Notes: generated by a model from the letters alone, not told the origin. Numbered from the stretch's first letter, positions 34,848-43,669 are shown. The stretch: DNA of 64,000 nt from Pseudomonadota bacterium (GCA_027620075.1 JAQCEY010000007.1:43764-107763), one strand, 5' to 3'. A program made the numbers and translations.

Positions 34848-36164
34848 CTACAATTTTGAGTTAGCAACCTCATCAAATGAATCAAATGCATCGTTTAATG
34901 CTTCCTCTCCGGTTAATTTCTGCCAGCGACGAACAATCACATCGCAATATTTAGGATCAAGCTCAATACAGCGAGCAATACGTCCTGTCTTTTCCGCTGC
35001 AATAAGCGTAGAGCCGGAACCGGCAAATGGATCAAGCACGATATGCCCACGTTTTGTGCAGTCTTTTATGGCATCGGCTATCATAGTCACTGGTTTGACC
35101 GTTGGATGGAGCTTTAAATCAGACTGATTTCGACCAAAGCTATTCACGCCTTTGTAATCCCAAACATTAGTGCGGTAGCGGCCATGTTTGCCAAGCTCAA
35201 TATTGTTTATATGAGGCTTTTTGCCGTGCTTAAAAACTGCTACCAATTCATGTTTGGAGCGGTAAAGTGAACCCATGCCGCCATTATCTTTATTCCAAAC
35301 ACAAATGTTTTTCAGGTCGGCATAGAATTCTTTGCCAGCCCTGATAAGCACATCAATGTGCCTCCAATCCATGCAAATATAATGCAGTGAACCATCCCGA
35401 CTGAAACTACTTGCTTTGTCACAGAAATCTTCAAGAAAACTATAAAACTCTGCGTCAGTCATCTCACCGGATGCCATGGCAAATTCTGCATGTTTTATTT
35501 TACCATTGCCGCATACATGCCCATCAATTGGCACATTATATGGCGGGTCGGTAAACACCATATCAGCACGCTCTGTATCCAGCAGCCTGTCATAGGTTTC
35601 ATTCTTTAGGGCATTTCCACATATTAGAATATGCTGCCCAAGCTGCCAGATATCGCCAAGTTTTGTAATAGCAGGCGAGTTATCAATATCCGGAATCTCA
35701 TCTGCCGGATCGGCTTCTTGTGGCTCGTCAGAATCAATTATTAAATCGATTTCTGCCATTTCAAAACCGGTAATCTCAATATCGAAATTAGTTTCGATGG
35801 AAAGCTCCTTAAGCTCAATTGATAGCAGGTTCTTATCCCAGCCTGCATTCGAGGCAATTTTATTATCCGCAATTATATAGGCACGAATTTGGTTTTCTGA
35901 GAGATGGCTTGACGAAATAACCGGCACTTCCTTCATGCCAAGTTTCTTCGCCGCCTCCACACGACCATGCCCTGCCATAATTCGATTATTACTATCAATA
36001 AGGACAGGATTCATAAATCCAAACTGCTTTAGGCTGTTCGCAATTTGTTGAATCTGTTTGTCGGAGTGTGTGCGGGCATTGTTTTTGTAGGGCTTAAGTT
36101 CTTCTGGATTAATATAAGCAATATGCATCTCATGCGATGCAAGTTTTGTTATAGGCATTGTCAA
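34848..36164 (-). CDS. ParB-like nuclease domain fused to an N6A/N4C DNA methyltransferase
   Basis: ParB-N (NPVLIDSNNRIMAGHGRVEAAKKLG), DPPY motif VFTDPPYNV, AdoMet motif VLDPFAGSGSTLIAAEKTGR (beta-class order). Confidence 0.85.
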   Translation of the reverse strand: MTMPITKLASHEMHIAYINPEELKPYKNNARTHSDKQIQQIANSLKQFGFMNPVLIDSNNRIMAGHGRVEAAKKLGMKEVPVISSSHLSENQIRAYIIADNKIASNAGWDKNLLSIELKELSIETNFDIEITGFEMAEIDLIIDSDEPQEADPADEIPDIDNSPAITKLGDIWQLGQHILICGNALKNETYDRLLDTERADMVFTDPPYNVPIDGHVCGNGKIKHAEFAMASGEMTDAEFYSFLEDFCDKASSFSRDGSLHYICMDWRHIDVLIRAGKEFYADLKNICVWNKDNGGMGSLYRSKHELVAVFKHGKKPHINNIELGKHGRYRTNVWDYKGVNSFGRNQSDLKLHPTVKPVTMIADAIKDCTKRGHIVLDPFAGSGSTLIAAEKTGRIARCIELDPKYCDVIVRRWQKLTGEEALNDAFDSFDEVANSKL

Positions 36165-36325
36165 ATCTCCTTGCCTTCAGAACAAACTGCTCGCGTAACT
36201 TATGTTGAACACAACACAAGGTATGCTGAAAACAGCTGTTCGGTTAAGTAAGCTTTGAGATTGATACGCCTAGCATATCAAGAAACCGGTTCGTCTAGCG
36301 AGTGTTGGCCTGACCAACCCGGGAA

Positions 36326-36377
36326 CTTTTCAGCAGAACTGAAAAGGAAAAAGCAATTGCAGATACCTCATCTGCAA
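36326..36377 (-). terminator. twin hairpins, probable intrinsic terminator for 36515..36739
   Basis: Two perfect 8-bp stems: cttttcag/ctgaaaag (36326-36346) and ttgcagat/atctgcaa (36357-36377). On the minus strand the second is followed by ttgctttttcctttt. Confidence 0.5.
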
Positions 36378-36514
36378 CATTGGTATTGTATCAAATACAA
36401 GATTATATGCAATAAGAAAAATAAAATACTGTATTTGAAATAGGTGGAATAAATTATATTTTGCATAGTAACAAGTGCGGTTAAGATGGTGTAATTTATA
36501 TTTTATCTTTACCG

Positions 36515-36739
36515 CTATTCGCCGCGATAATATTTATCCTTCCACTGGGATTTTTCTTTGCTATCTTCATTATTAGCAGCCTTAGAAAATGGTGACATAA
36601 TAACGGCTATAGCTTCTTTGAAAAAATAAGAAATACCCAGAACCATTCCGGCAAAACTCACTCCTATAAACGCTTGCACCCAAGGTGTTAGTTGAGAAAA
36701 CTTGTTCAATAAATCCGCTGAAAAGCTGTATTCGTTCAT
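36515..36739 (-). CDS. small membrane protein, hypothetical
   Basis: 74 aa with one TM segment WVQAFIGVSFAGMVLGISYFF. Confidence 0.4.
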   Translation of the reverse strand: MNEYSFSADLLNKFSQLTPWVQAFIGVSFAGMVLGISYFFKEAIAVIMSPFSKAANNEDSKEKSQWKDKYYRGE

Positions 36740-36973
36740 ATATGACTCCCTTTGTTATTTAACAAAACGGTCACCAGAGTCAACTGGCGACCGGGAGTTA
36801 GTAACGTGGGCTCATAGAGTTCACGCGCGACAATCTTTAGCCGCGAGGCTTGGACATACATTGCCGCCTCCCGGACATAAAGTCGGAAAGCGACATCTTC
36901 GGCACGCTAATGTTGAGAAGCGCACCAATAACGATTGATGCCAATCGCTACAAGCCAGAGGTTACTAAGCCCC

Positions 36974-36993
36974 GGAACTGCACTTGCAGTTCC
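36974..36993. repeat. perfect 9-bp inverted repeat around a 2-nt centre
   Basis: GGAACTGCA-CT-TGCAGTTCC, inside a GC-rich non-coding stretch. Confidence 0.9.
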
Positions 36994-37114
36994 ACGAATT
37001 AAAATAAAGCAGGCAGGCAAGAGGTCAACAAAAAGAGCGTCAAATATTCTTGAAAACTCCAATATTTCCTGTATTTTCTATTTTGGCGCAATTTTACAGG
37101 AGTGAAGTTCCTTT

Positions 37115-37330
37115 ATGGAAGACGAAATTCTAACCATCAAAGAAGTATCCGAATACCTTAAGATTAAGGAAAAAACCACCTATTCCTTGGCCGCTAAAGG
37201 TGAAATTCCTGGCTTTAAGGTGGGTGGTAGCTGGCGTTTTAGAAAGAATGAAATAAGTCGCTGGATTTTAGACCAAGAAAGAAAAAGCATCAGTAATGCG
37301 GATGGCTTATTAAGAGAAGAACACAAATGA
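37115..37330 (+). CDS. excisionase-family (HTH_17/MerR-like) DNA-binding protein
   Basis: ILTIKEVSEYLKIKEKTTYSLAAKGEIPGFKVGGSWRFRKNEISRWI. ATGA overlap with the TIR-APAZ gene. Confidence 0.8.
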   Translation: MEDEILTIKEVSEYLKIKEKTTYSLAAKGEIPGFKVGGSWRFRKNEISRWILDQERKSISNADGLLREEHK

Positions 37331-38712
37331 CAGAACGTAATGTATTATTTATTAGTCACGCAAACCCAGAGGACAATGTGTTCACCACTTGGCTGGGCGC
37401 CAAGTTATCTGCGGCTGGTTATGAAGTATGGGCTGATGTTCTTGAGTTGGTTGGTGGGCAGGATTGGCAACGTAGGCTTGAAGATGCACTTCGCAACCGT
37501 GCCATTAAGGTATTGCTGGTAGGAACTCAACATGGAGTTGATAAACAAGGTGTCCGCAATGAAATTCAAATTGCCTCCAATACATCAAAACAAATTCAAG
37601 ACACTGACTATATAATTCCTTTGAAACTTGAGAATTTCGACGCGCCATTTCTTATTGCACATGCTCAACACATAGATTTCTCGAAAAGCTGGGCAGCAGG
37701 CCTTAAAGAACTTTTAGAAACTCTAGCCACATATGATGTGCCAAAATTGGAAGCCGAAAGCTCTAACCCTTGGTGCGCAGTACAGTTGGCGCATGGAAAA
37801 GAACCTGTGCAGATAGAAGAAAACATCATTTCCAACTGGTTGAAATTTTCATCACTACCTACCGAGGTACATTTTTATGATTTTAATTCGGGGATTTCGA
37901 TTGGCTTAAGGGATCGCATGCTAAGGAATTCTTCAATTCCTCTGGTTGGCAAAAACCGTGGGTTTATCAGCTTTGCTGATTATCCATCTTTGCAGGAAAT
38001 ACTAGGACCAGATTTGCCTATAAATTTGGTGGAAAGCACTAAAATTGAAGATTTTTTAGAAGAGGGATGGCCATCGCTACAGATAGAATTTTGGGATGCT
38101 CGCAAACACGTTAGCAATATGCTTCGACAGGGATTAGATGCGGTTCTTGCTGCAAAACAGCTTTCATCTTATGAAATGTCGAATAAGAAGCTTTCTTGGT
38201 TCGGTCAAAAAGGTGTGGTTCCTGATAGTCAAATCCGCTTTGGGTGGCCAGACTCATTGCCAGGACGCAGAGTTATTAGGGGCTATTCTGAGAAGAGAAG
38301 AATGCACTGGCATTATGGTATTAGCCCTCAAGTTACAATGTGGCCGGAGCCTCATATAAAATTACGTGGAAACTTAGTCTTTTCTGAAAATGGCACTCTT
38401 CCTATAGACGATGCAAAAAAGATGCACCGCCTCAGACGGTCATTTACAAAATCTTGGCGTAATGCGCGCTGGCGGGACATGATGCTTTCATTCCTTTGGT
38501 GGATAACGGATGGAGCTGAATCTTTAGTGATACCTTTTGGAGAAGAAAAGGGTGCTGTTTTGTTTATTCCAACAATTATATTTGTTTCACCTGTCAGCAT
38601 GCCTGTTGAAATTGAGGAATCCAGCCCAGAAGATCAAGATGATCCAGATTACATTGAAGAACCTTTTGCAGATAATAACTTTGATGATGTTGCTGAAGAG
38701 GTGGTAGCATGA
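37327..38712 (+). CDS. SPARTA TIR-APAZ protein
   Basis: N-terminal TIR (VLFISHANPEDNVFTTWLGAKLSAAGYEVWADV, IDFSKSWAAGLKELLETL), then an APAZ-like region and an acidic C-terminus. 461 aa. 4-nt overlap with the short pAgo gene. Confidence 0.9.
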   Translation: MTERNVLFISHANPEDNVFTTWLGAKLSAAGYEVWADVLELVGGQDWQRRLEDALRNRAIKVLLVGTQHGVDKQGVRNEIQIASNTSKQIQDTDYIIPLKLENFDAPFLIAHAQHIDFSKSWAAGLKELLETLATYDVPKLEAESSNPWCAVQLAHGKEPVQIEENIISNWLKFSSLPTEVHFYDFNSGISIGLRDRMLRNSSIPLVGKNRGFISFADYPSLQEILGPDLPINLVESTKIEDFLEEGWPSLQIEFWDARKHVSNMLRQGLDAVLAAKQLSSYEMSNKKLSWFGQKGVVPDSQIRFGWPDSLPGRRVIRGYSEKRRMHWHYGISPQVTMWPEPHIKLRGNLVFSENGTLPIDDAKKMHRLRRSFTKSWRNARWRDMMLSFLWWITDGAESLVIPFGEEKGAVLFIPTIIFVSPVSMPVEIEESSPEDQDDPDYIEEPFADNNFDDVAEEVVA

Positions 38713-40256
38713 CTATTTCCCCGACAGTTTCTTATTTCGAAGAGCCTCTGCTGGAATTCAAATTCGGCCAGAAATTGGTTTATCCTCGTGATGGGCTATT
38801 TCTTTATGGCCCTGTGGATGAAAGTAATGACAATAAGCAAATACGTTATGGCGTAATCTCTACAGCCGGCGGGTTGAAACATTTCAAAGCGTGGGCCAAA
38901 TCCATGAACGGGTTTATTGATATTCCAGCACCAGGACCTCGTTCTCGCAGCAATATGCCGCATCATGTGCCATTTCCAGGCTTTACTGAAGCTTTCGGTG
39001 CGGAATGGCCAACAGAGCCAACGATTGCACTTGGTGATATTGATCCAAAAGAATTATCTCGTGTATTACGGATTGGAAATCGACATGAAGCTGTACAAAA
39101 AGCAGTGGATCTGTTTGTTAGTCCAATGTTAAACGCAGTGAACCGCATGGAGAATCCACCATCTTTTTGGTTTGTGGTGATTCCTGAAGATGTATACCAA
39201 CTAGGACGTCCTTTAAGTCAGGTGCCAAGGGGCGAGCGAGTACTGGGTGCTGTTCATATCACTCAGGCCAAAGCTAAAATGTTGCAAGCACAGCCCACTC
39301 TTTTTGGAACAGATGAGGTGGAAGCTGAAGTTTACAAATATGCAGCACATTTTCGTCGCCAACTTAAGGCACGCCTTCTTAAAGATAAGATTGTCACACA
39401 GCTAGTGCGGGAAACCACACTGGAACCACAGGCGTTTTTAACATCATCGGGTCATCTATTACGACCAGTGGAAGATGCAGCTACAATTGCGTGGAAGCTG
39501 GGTACAGGCTGTTATTACAAAGCAGGTGGACGACCATGGCAATTAGCAGATGTAAGACCTGGTGTTTGCTATGTTGGCCTTGTCTATAAACAAGATGATT
39601 CAGCACAAGATCGCCGCTATTCTGTTTGTGCAGCTCAAATGTTTCTTTCTAATGGTGAAGGTATTGTATTCCGTGGAGCTTTAGGACCATGGTATCACAC
39701 CGAAAAGAAGGAATTCCACCTTGATAGAAAATCTGCAAAGTCTTTAATAAGTACGATAGTATCTGAATATACAGATTCACATGGAGCACCTCCGAAAGAG
39801 TTATTCATTCATGCTCAGGCAGCATTTTCTCACGAAGAATGGACTGGATTTTTTGAAGGGTGCCCTGATACCGTCAATTTAGTTGGCATTCAAATTACGG
39901 ATGCAAAAGATGGTTTAAAATTATTCCGTCCTGGTGAATATCCTGTTATGCGCGGAATGGCTCTGAAGATCAATGAACGTCAAGCATATCTTTGGACAGC
40001 TGGTTATGTTCCCCGTCTAGATACATATATGGGACCAGAAACCCCAAACCCGATTTTTATTAAAGTACAGCGAGGCAAATGCCCGTTAGATCAAGTTTTG
40101 CAAGACATTCTCGGCCTAACAAAGATTAACTTTAATTCCTGCCTTTTGAATGACCGTATGCCCGTGACAATCAAATTTGCCAATGCTGTAGGTGACGTTC
40201 TTACCTCGGCACCCTTAGATAGTGAGCCGAAGCTTCCTTTCAAGTATTATATTTAG
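38709..40256 (+). CDS. short prokaryotic Argonaute (MID-PIWI, catalytically inactive type) of SPARTA
   Basis: 515 aa. YKAGGRPWQLADVRPGVCYVGLVYK, CAAQMFLSNGEGIVFRG, C-terminal LPFKYYI. Size and motifs match short pAgos paired with TIR-APAZ. Confidence 0.9.
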   Translation: MTISPTVSYFEEPLLEFKFGQKLVYPRDGLFLYGPVDESNDNKQIRYGVISTAGGLKHFKAWAKSMNGFIDIPAPGPRSRSNMPHHVPFPGFTEAFGAEWPTEPTIALGDIDPKELSRVLRIGNRHEAVQKAVDLFVSPMLNAVNRMENPPSFWFVVIPEDVYQLGRPLSQVPRGERVLGAVHITQAKAKMLQAQPTLFGTDEVEAEVYKYAAHFRRQLKARLLKDKIVTQLVRETTLEPQAFLTSSGHLLRPVEDAATIAWKLGTGCYYKAGGRPWQLADVRPGVCYVGLVYKQDDSAQDRRYSVCAAQMFLSNGEGIVFRGALGPWYHTEKKEFHLDRKSAKSLISTIVSEYTDSHGAPPKELFIHAQAAFSHEEWTGFFEGCPDTVNLVGIQITDAKDGLKLFRPGEYPVMRGMALKINERQAYLWTAGYVPRLDTYMGPETPNPIFIKVQRGKCPLDQVLQDILGLTKINFNSCLLNDRMPVTIKFANAVGDVLTSAPLDSEPKLPFKYYI

Positions 40257-40269
40257 AGAATAAAAAGCA

Positions 40270-41811
40270 ATGCCTCAATCTGCAGAGAATCAAACAGTAA
40301 ATTTTATAGTGATAGCCGAGCGAGGCTCACTTGGGAATGCCCCAAACACATGCTATTTATGGGTAAATAACTGGGATGACTTCGGCTTCAAAACCACTTT
40401 TGCATTATACTACATTACCAAAGATGGTGAACAAAAAGATTTAGGACGCATCAGTATTGCTAATGAAGGATTAACTGGGGGCTATGTCCAACTACCAGAA
40501 TCACCTTTCATTCAATTGCCTGAAAACTATTGCTCCCTTGGCCATAGCCAAGGCTATTATGAAGAATTAATGGGTTTACCGTCTTTAATTAGAATATCTA
40601 TTCTAAGAGGTCTAAGAGACTGCGCCTACGATCAGGAAATTTTTGAAAGGTTCCAAGATGAGAATGCAGTTTCTACTTCTTTATTGCGCCATGTCAGTGT
40701 CCAAAATGTAAATTATCTATTTCCTAATATACTTAGAGGGCATGCCGTTGCAACTCCATATAAATTTCAATTTCGATTAAATGGAAACGAAACCACAGCT
40801 ATTGATGTAAGTGTTGTACCCGACTCCACTCCTCCAACTAATATACACGTCTTAATTGGTAGAAATGGAGTGGGGAAAACCAGAATCTTATCTGGCCTAG
40901 CAGATCAGATAACTAAAAATCCTTCACCTGCTGATATTAGCCAAAATGGAGAAATAGTATTTTCTCAGAACACCTTAGGTTTCTTGGAGCAGAATGGGCA
41001 AAGCGACCGGTTCACGAATCTTGTTACCGTAGTATTTAGTGCATTTGACCATTTCAAGCCGATAAGGAACAATCAGGACAGAGATAGTATTCCTTGTCAG
41101 TATATTGGTCTAAAAAGTGAAGATGGGAGCTCTTTTAGAACACCGAGTGACTTGAAGCAAGACTTTAACAAATCAGTAGAAATATGTCTCAACAGTCAGA
41201 GAAAGTCTCGCTGGATAGATGCAATCAGAATTCTCTGCTCAGATCCGATATTTAAAGAATATGAACTTGAGAATACTGCTTTAGACGCCGAACATGTTGC
41301 TAAAATTACAGGTATTTTTGATAAGTTAAGTTCAGGTCATAAAATTATCCTTTTAACAGTTACCAAATTAGTGGAGCTCGTAGATGAAAAAACGCTGGTT
41401 CTAATTGACGAGCCTGAGAACCATTTACACCCCCCATTGTTATCTTCATTTATTAGAACCGTGTCAGATCTATTAATCAAAAGAAATGCCGTTGCTATAG
41501 TGGCAACTCATTCGCCCGTGGTACTCCAAGAGGTGCCACAATCTTGTGTAACTAAAATTGATAGAGTTAGATCTGAATATAGTTTGTATAGGCCTGACAT
41601 AGAAACGTATGGAGAGAATGTAGGGACGCTCACGCGCGAAGTATTTCAGTTAGAGGTTATGGATAGCGGTTTTCACAAAACTATTAGCGACCACCTAAAT
41701 TCTGACAAAAATTATGATAATCTTCTTAATTCCTTCGGGGGTAAAATTGGCTCTGAGGGAAAAGCTATTGCTCGCTCTATAATTCTTACTAGCGGAGACA
41801 GCAATGCATAG
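40270..41811 (+). CDS. ptuA: Septu PtuA-like AAA/ABC-type ATPase with a ~190-aa N-terminal extension
   Basis: Walker A GRNGVGKTR at about aa 197, Walker B/D-loop LVLIDEPENHLHP, ATHSP. Confidence 0.6.
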   Translation: MPQSAENQTVNFIVIAERGSLGNAPNTCYLWVNNWDDFGFKTTFALYYITKDGEQKDLGRISIANEGLTGGYVQLPESPFIQLPENYCSLGHSQGYYEELMGLPSLIRISILRGLRDCAYDQEIFERFQDENAVSTSLLRHVSVQNVNYLFPNILRGHAVATPYKFQFRLNGNETTAIDVSVVPDSTPPTNIHVLIGRNGVGKTRILSGLADQITKNPSPADISQNGEIVFSQNTLGFLEQNGQSDRFTNLVTVVFSAFDHFKPIRNNQDRDSIPCQYIGLKSEDGSSFRTPSDLKQDFNKSVEICLNSQRKSRWIDAIRILCSDPIFKEYELENTALDAEHVAKITGIFDKLSSGHKIILLTVTKLVELVDEKTLVLIDEPENHLHPPLLSSFIRTVSDLLIKRNAVAIVATHSPVVLQEVPQSCVTKIDRVRSEYSLYRPDIETYGENVGTLTREVFQLEVMDSGFHKTISDHLNSDKNYDNLLNSFGGKIGSEGKAIARSIILTSGDSNA

Positions 41812-42655
41812 TTTGACTAGGCCCGAGATAACTTTTGATGATTGCTATAATTTGTGTATCTCTAGAAAAAGACCGCCACTTAAAGAAAATCTGGAGCGCA
41901 TACATCCTTCTCTAAGTTCATCCGCAAATTTGTATGATAATAAAGCAACCAATAGCGGACTAAATGAATTATCTCCAATAAGAATTTCGGATTTAACGCC
42001 TATAACCGCAGAAGATTTAAAGAAACTTTATACTCAGCAAATGGTTGGGAGCAATGGACCTGGACGTTCTACGTATGATAAAATTTTAGTCTCCGCAAAA
42101 CAGAAACGGTGCTGTTTCTGTTCGTATGAAGAACCAACAGAGCTGGACCACTTTCTTCCCAAGTCTGTTTTCGCTGAGTTTTCTATACTACCATTAAATC
42201 TAATTCCGAGTTGCCATCGTTGTAACAAACTGAAGTTAGAAGATGTCCCTACAAGCTTAGAAACGACTTATATCCATCCATATTATGAGGAGTATAGAGG
42301 AATAGCTTGGCTAAAAGCATCTCTAAATTTTGATATAGGCAACTCACCTACAATCATTTATTTTGTTGACAGCGAATTAAACCAATCTCATCCAGACTTG
42401 GCTCCTAGAATCAATTTCCAATTTACGAAACTAGACCTTGGTTCGCGATATTCACAGCAATCCGCAGGTGAAGTGTCTGGTATTAGACATAGAATACAGG
42501 GGCTGTTTTCCAGTGGCGGGGTAGAAAGTGTCAGGTCTCATCTAAAAGAAGAGGCAAAATCCCGAGAACAGAATAATAAAAACTCTTGGCAAGCTGCTCT
42601 ATACCATAGCCTCTACCAGAGTAATAAATTTTGTACTATGGATTGGGTGCTGTAA
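41804..42655 (+). CDS. ptuB: Septu PtuB-like HNH endonuclease
   Basis: CCFCSYEEPTELDHFLPKS...NLIPSCHRCNKLK HNH motif. 8-nt overlap with the ATPase gene. Confidence 0.6.
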   Translation: MHSLTRPEITFDDCYNLCISRKRPPLKENLERIHPSLSSSANLYDNKATNSGLNELSPIRISDLTPITAEDLKKLYTQQMVGSNGPGRSTYDKILVSAKQKRCCFCSYEEPTELDHFLPKSVFAEFSILPLNLIPSCHRCNKLKLEDVPTSLETTYIHPYYEEYRGIAWLKASLNFDIGNSPTIIYFVDSELNQSHPDLAPRINFQFTKLDLGSRYSQQSAGEVSGIRHRIQGLFSSGGVESVRSHLKEEAKSREQNNKNSWQAALYHSLYQSNKFCTMDWVL

Positions 42656-42702
42656 TAGCTCAAAGTAGATCTTTCTAATCTAATATCTGCAAAAATTTAC
42701 TC

Positions 42703-43170
42703 CTAAAAACTAGGCTTATAAACCATCAGCCAGAACACTACCATAATTGCTGGAAAGGCTAGTGAGCCAAGGATAATCCACCAGCGATCCATTTTCCAGT
42801 AACGAGCTGGTAACTCCGCCCCGTTATCCAGCGCCTCTTTAGCCATATCACGCATTTTGATTTGCATCCAGACTACAGGCAACCAACAAGCGCCAGCGAA
42901 AAAGTAGAGTATGAGCGCCCACAGTACCCAGCCTTCAAACAATTCATATCCCACAACATGTACAAGCGCGATGCCGGTGAGAAGTTGGACAATCACACTA
43001 GGAGTCGTGAATATCCAATCTGCAATCACAACATGACGAGTGGCAAAATAAATGCCCGCTATATCCTTCCTCCTGTTTGCCATAAACATATAGAAGGCAC
43101 TGCCAATGCCTGTGCCGAATAAGATTGTAGAGCTGATGATATGAATCCATTTGAGCAGGAAGTAGGTCAT
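42703..43170 (-). CDS. DUF2269 family integral membrane protein
   Basis: Four TM segments. LLKWIHIISSTILFGTG N-terminus is typical of the family. Confidence 0.6.
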   Translation of the reverse strand: MTYFLLKWIHIISSTILFGTGIGSAFYMFMANRRKDIAGIYFATRHVVIADWIFTTPSVIVQLLTGIALVHVVGYELFEGWVLWALILYFFAGACWLPVVWMQIKMRDMAKEALDNGAELPARYWKMDRWWIILGSLAFPAIMVVFWLMVYKPSF

Positions 43171-43171
43171 A

Positions 43172-43669
43172 TTACATACCTACCTTTAATATGAAAATTG
43201 CTGAAATATAAAGAAATACAAGCAAAATAGAGTTGGTAATGAAGTGCTGTGTTATAATGTTTGTATATTTATAGTTTCGGTACTTTTGAAACAGTACATA
43301 AATACTAATTAGTACAAGCGCGGTAATTAAAAGAAAATATGGAGCATAAAAGTACTCTCTAATAGAATGTATAACCCCATAATTATTATGCATTTTCCAG
43401 GTGCATGTAGAGTTACCTTTTATATTGGTATTGGCAAAAAGACCTGCAAACCAATATGCTTGCCAGAGTAAAAAGGGAACAGAAGGGATAGATAAGAAGA
43501 AATTTAACTTGTGCTGTTTTGTTTTGCACATGGCTAAAAACATTACAATATAAAATGGGGATGCAATGATAACAGCACCAGCTAATACATCATCAGACGC
43601 CATCGTACATGTTCCAGTAACAATACCAAGAAATGTAAGGAATAGTGCTGGGTATATTAGTATAGCCAT
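43172..43669 (-). CDS. integral membrane protein, hypothetical
   Basis: 165 aa with about 5 TM segments. 1-nt gaps or overlaps with neighbours. Confidence 0.5.
   Translation of the reverse strand: MAILIYPALFLTFLGIVTGTCTMASDDVLAGAVIIASPFYIVMFLAMCKTKQHKLNFFLSIPSVPFLLWQAYWFAGLFANTNIKGNSTCTWKMHNNYGVIHSIREYFYAPYFLLITALVLISIYVLFQKYRNYKYTNIITQHFITNSILLVFLYISAIFILKVGM

Noticed and set aside
36860-36900. Group II intron domain-5-like hairpin (ccgga..gtcg-gaaag-cgac..ttcgg).
   Set aside because: The internal loops are too large, the AGC catalytic triad context is absent, and there is no intron-encoded RT or other intron domains nearby.
36702-36938. 78-aa plus-strand ORF (and 36045..36251, 36255..36443) in the island's intergenic regions.
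   Set aside because: There is no RBS, and the Arg/His/Pro-rich composition is what a GC-rich non-coding stretch produces. The region is treated as non-coding, possibly RNA or a site (see findings).
40270-42655. Retron-associated Septu (retron types that carry PtuA/PtuB effectors).
   Set aside because: No reverse transcriptase gene and no obvious msr/msd-like inverted repeats lie adjacent. The upstream neighbour is the short pAgo.
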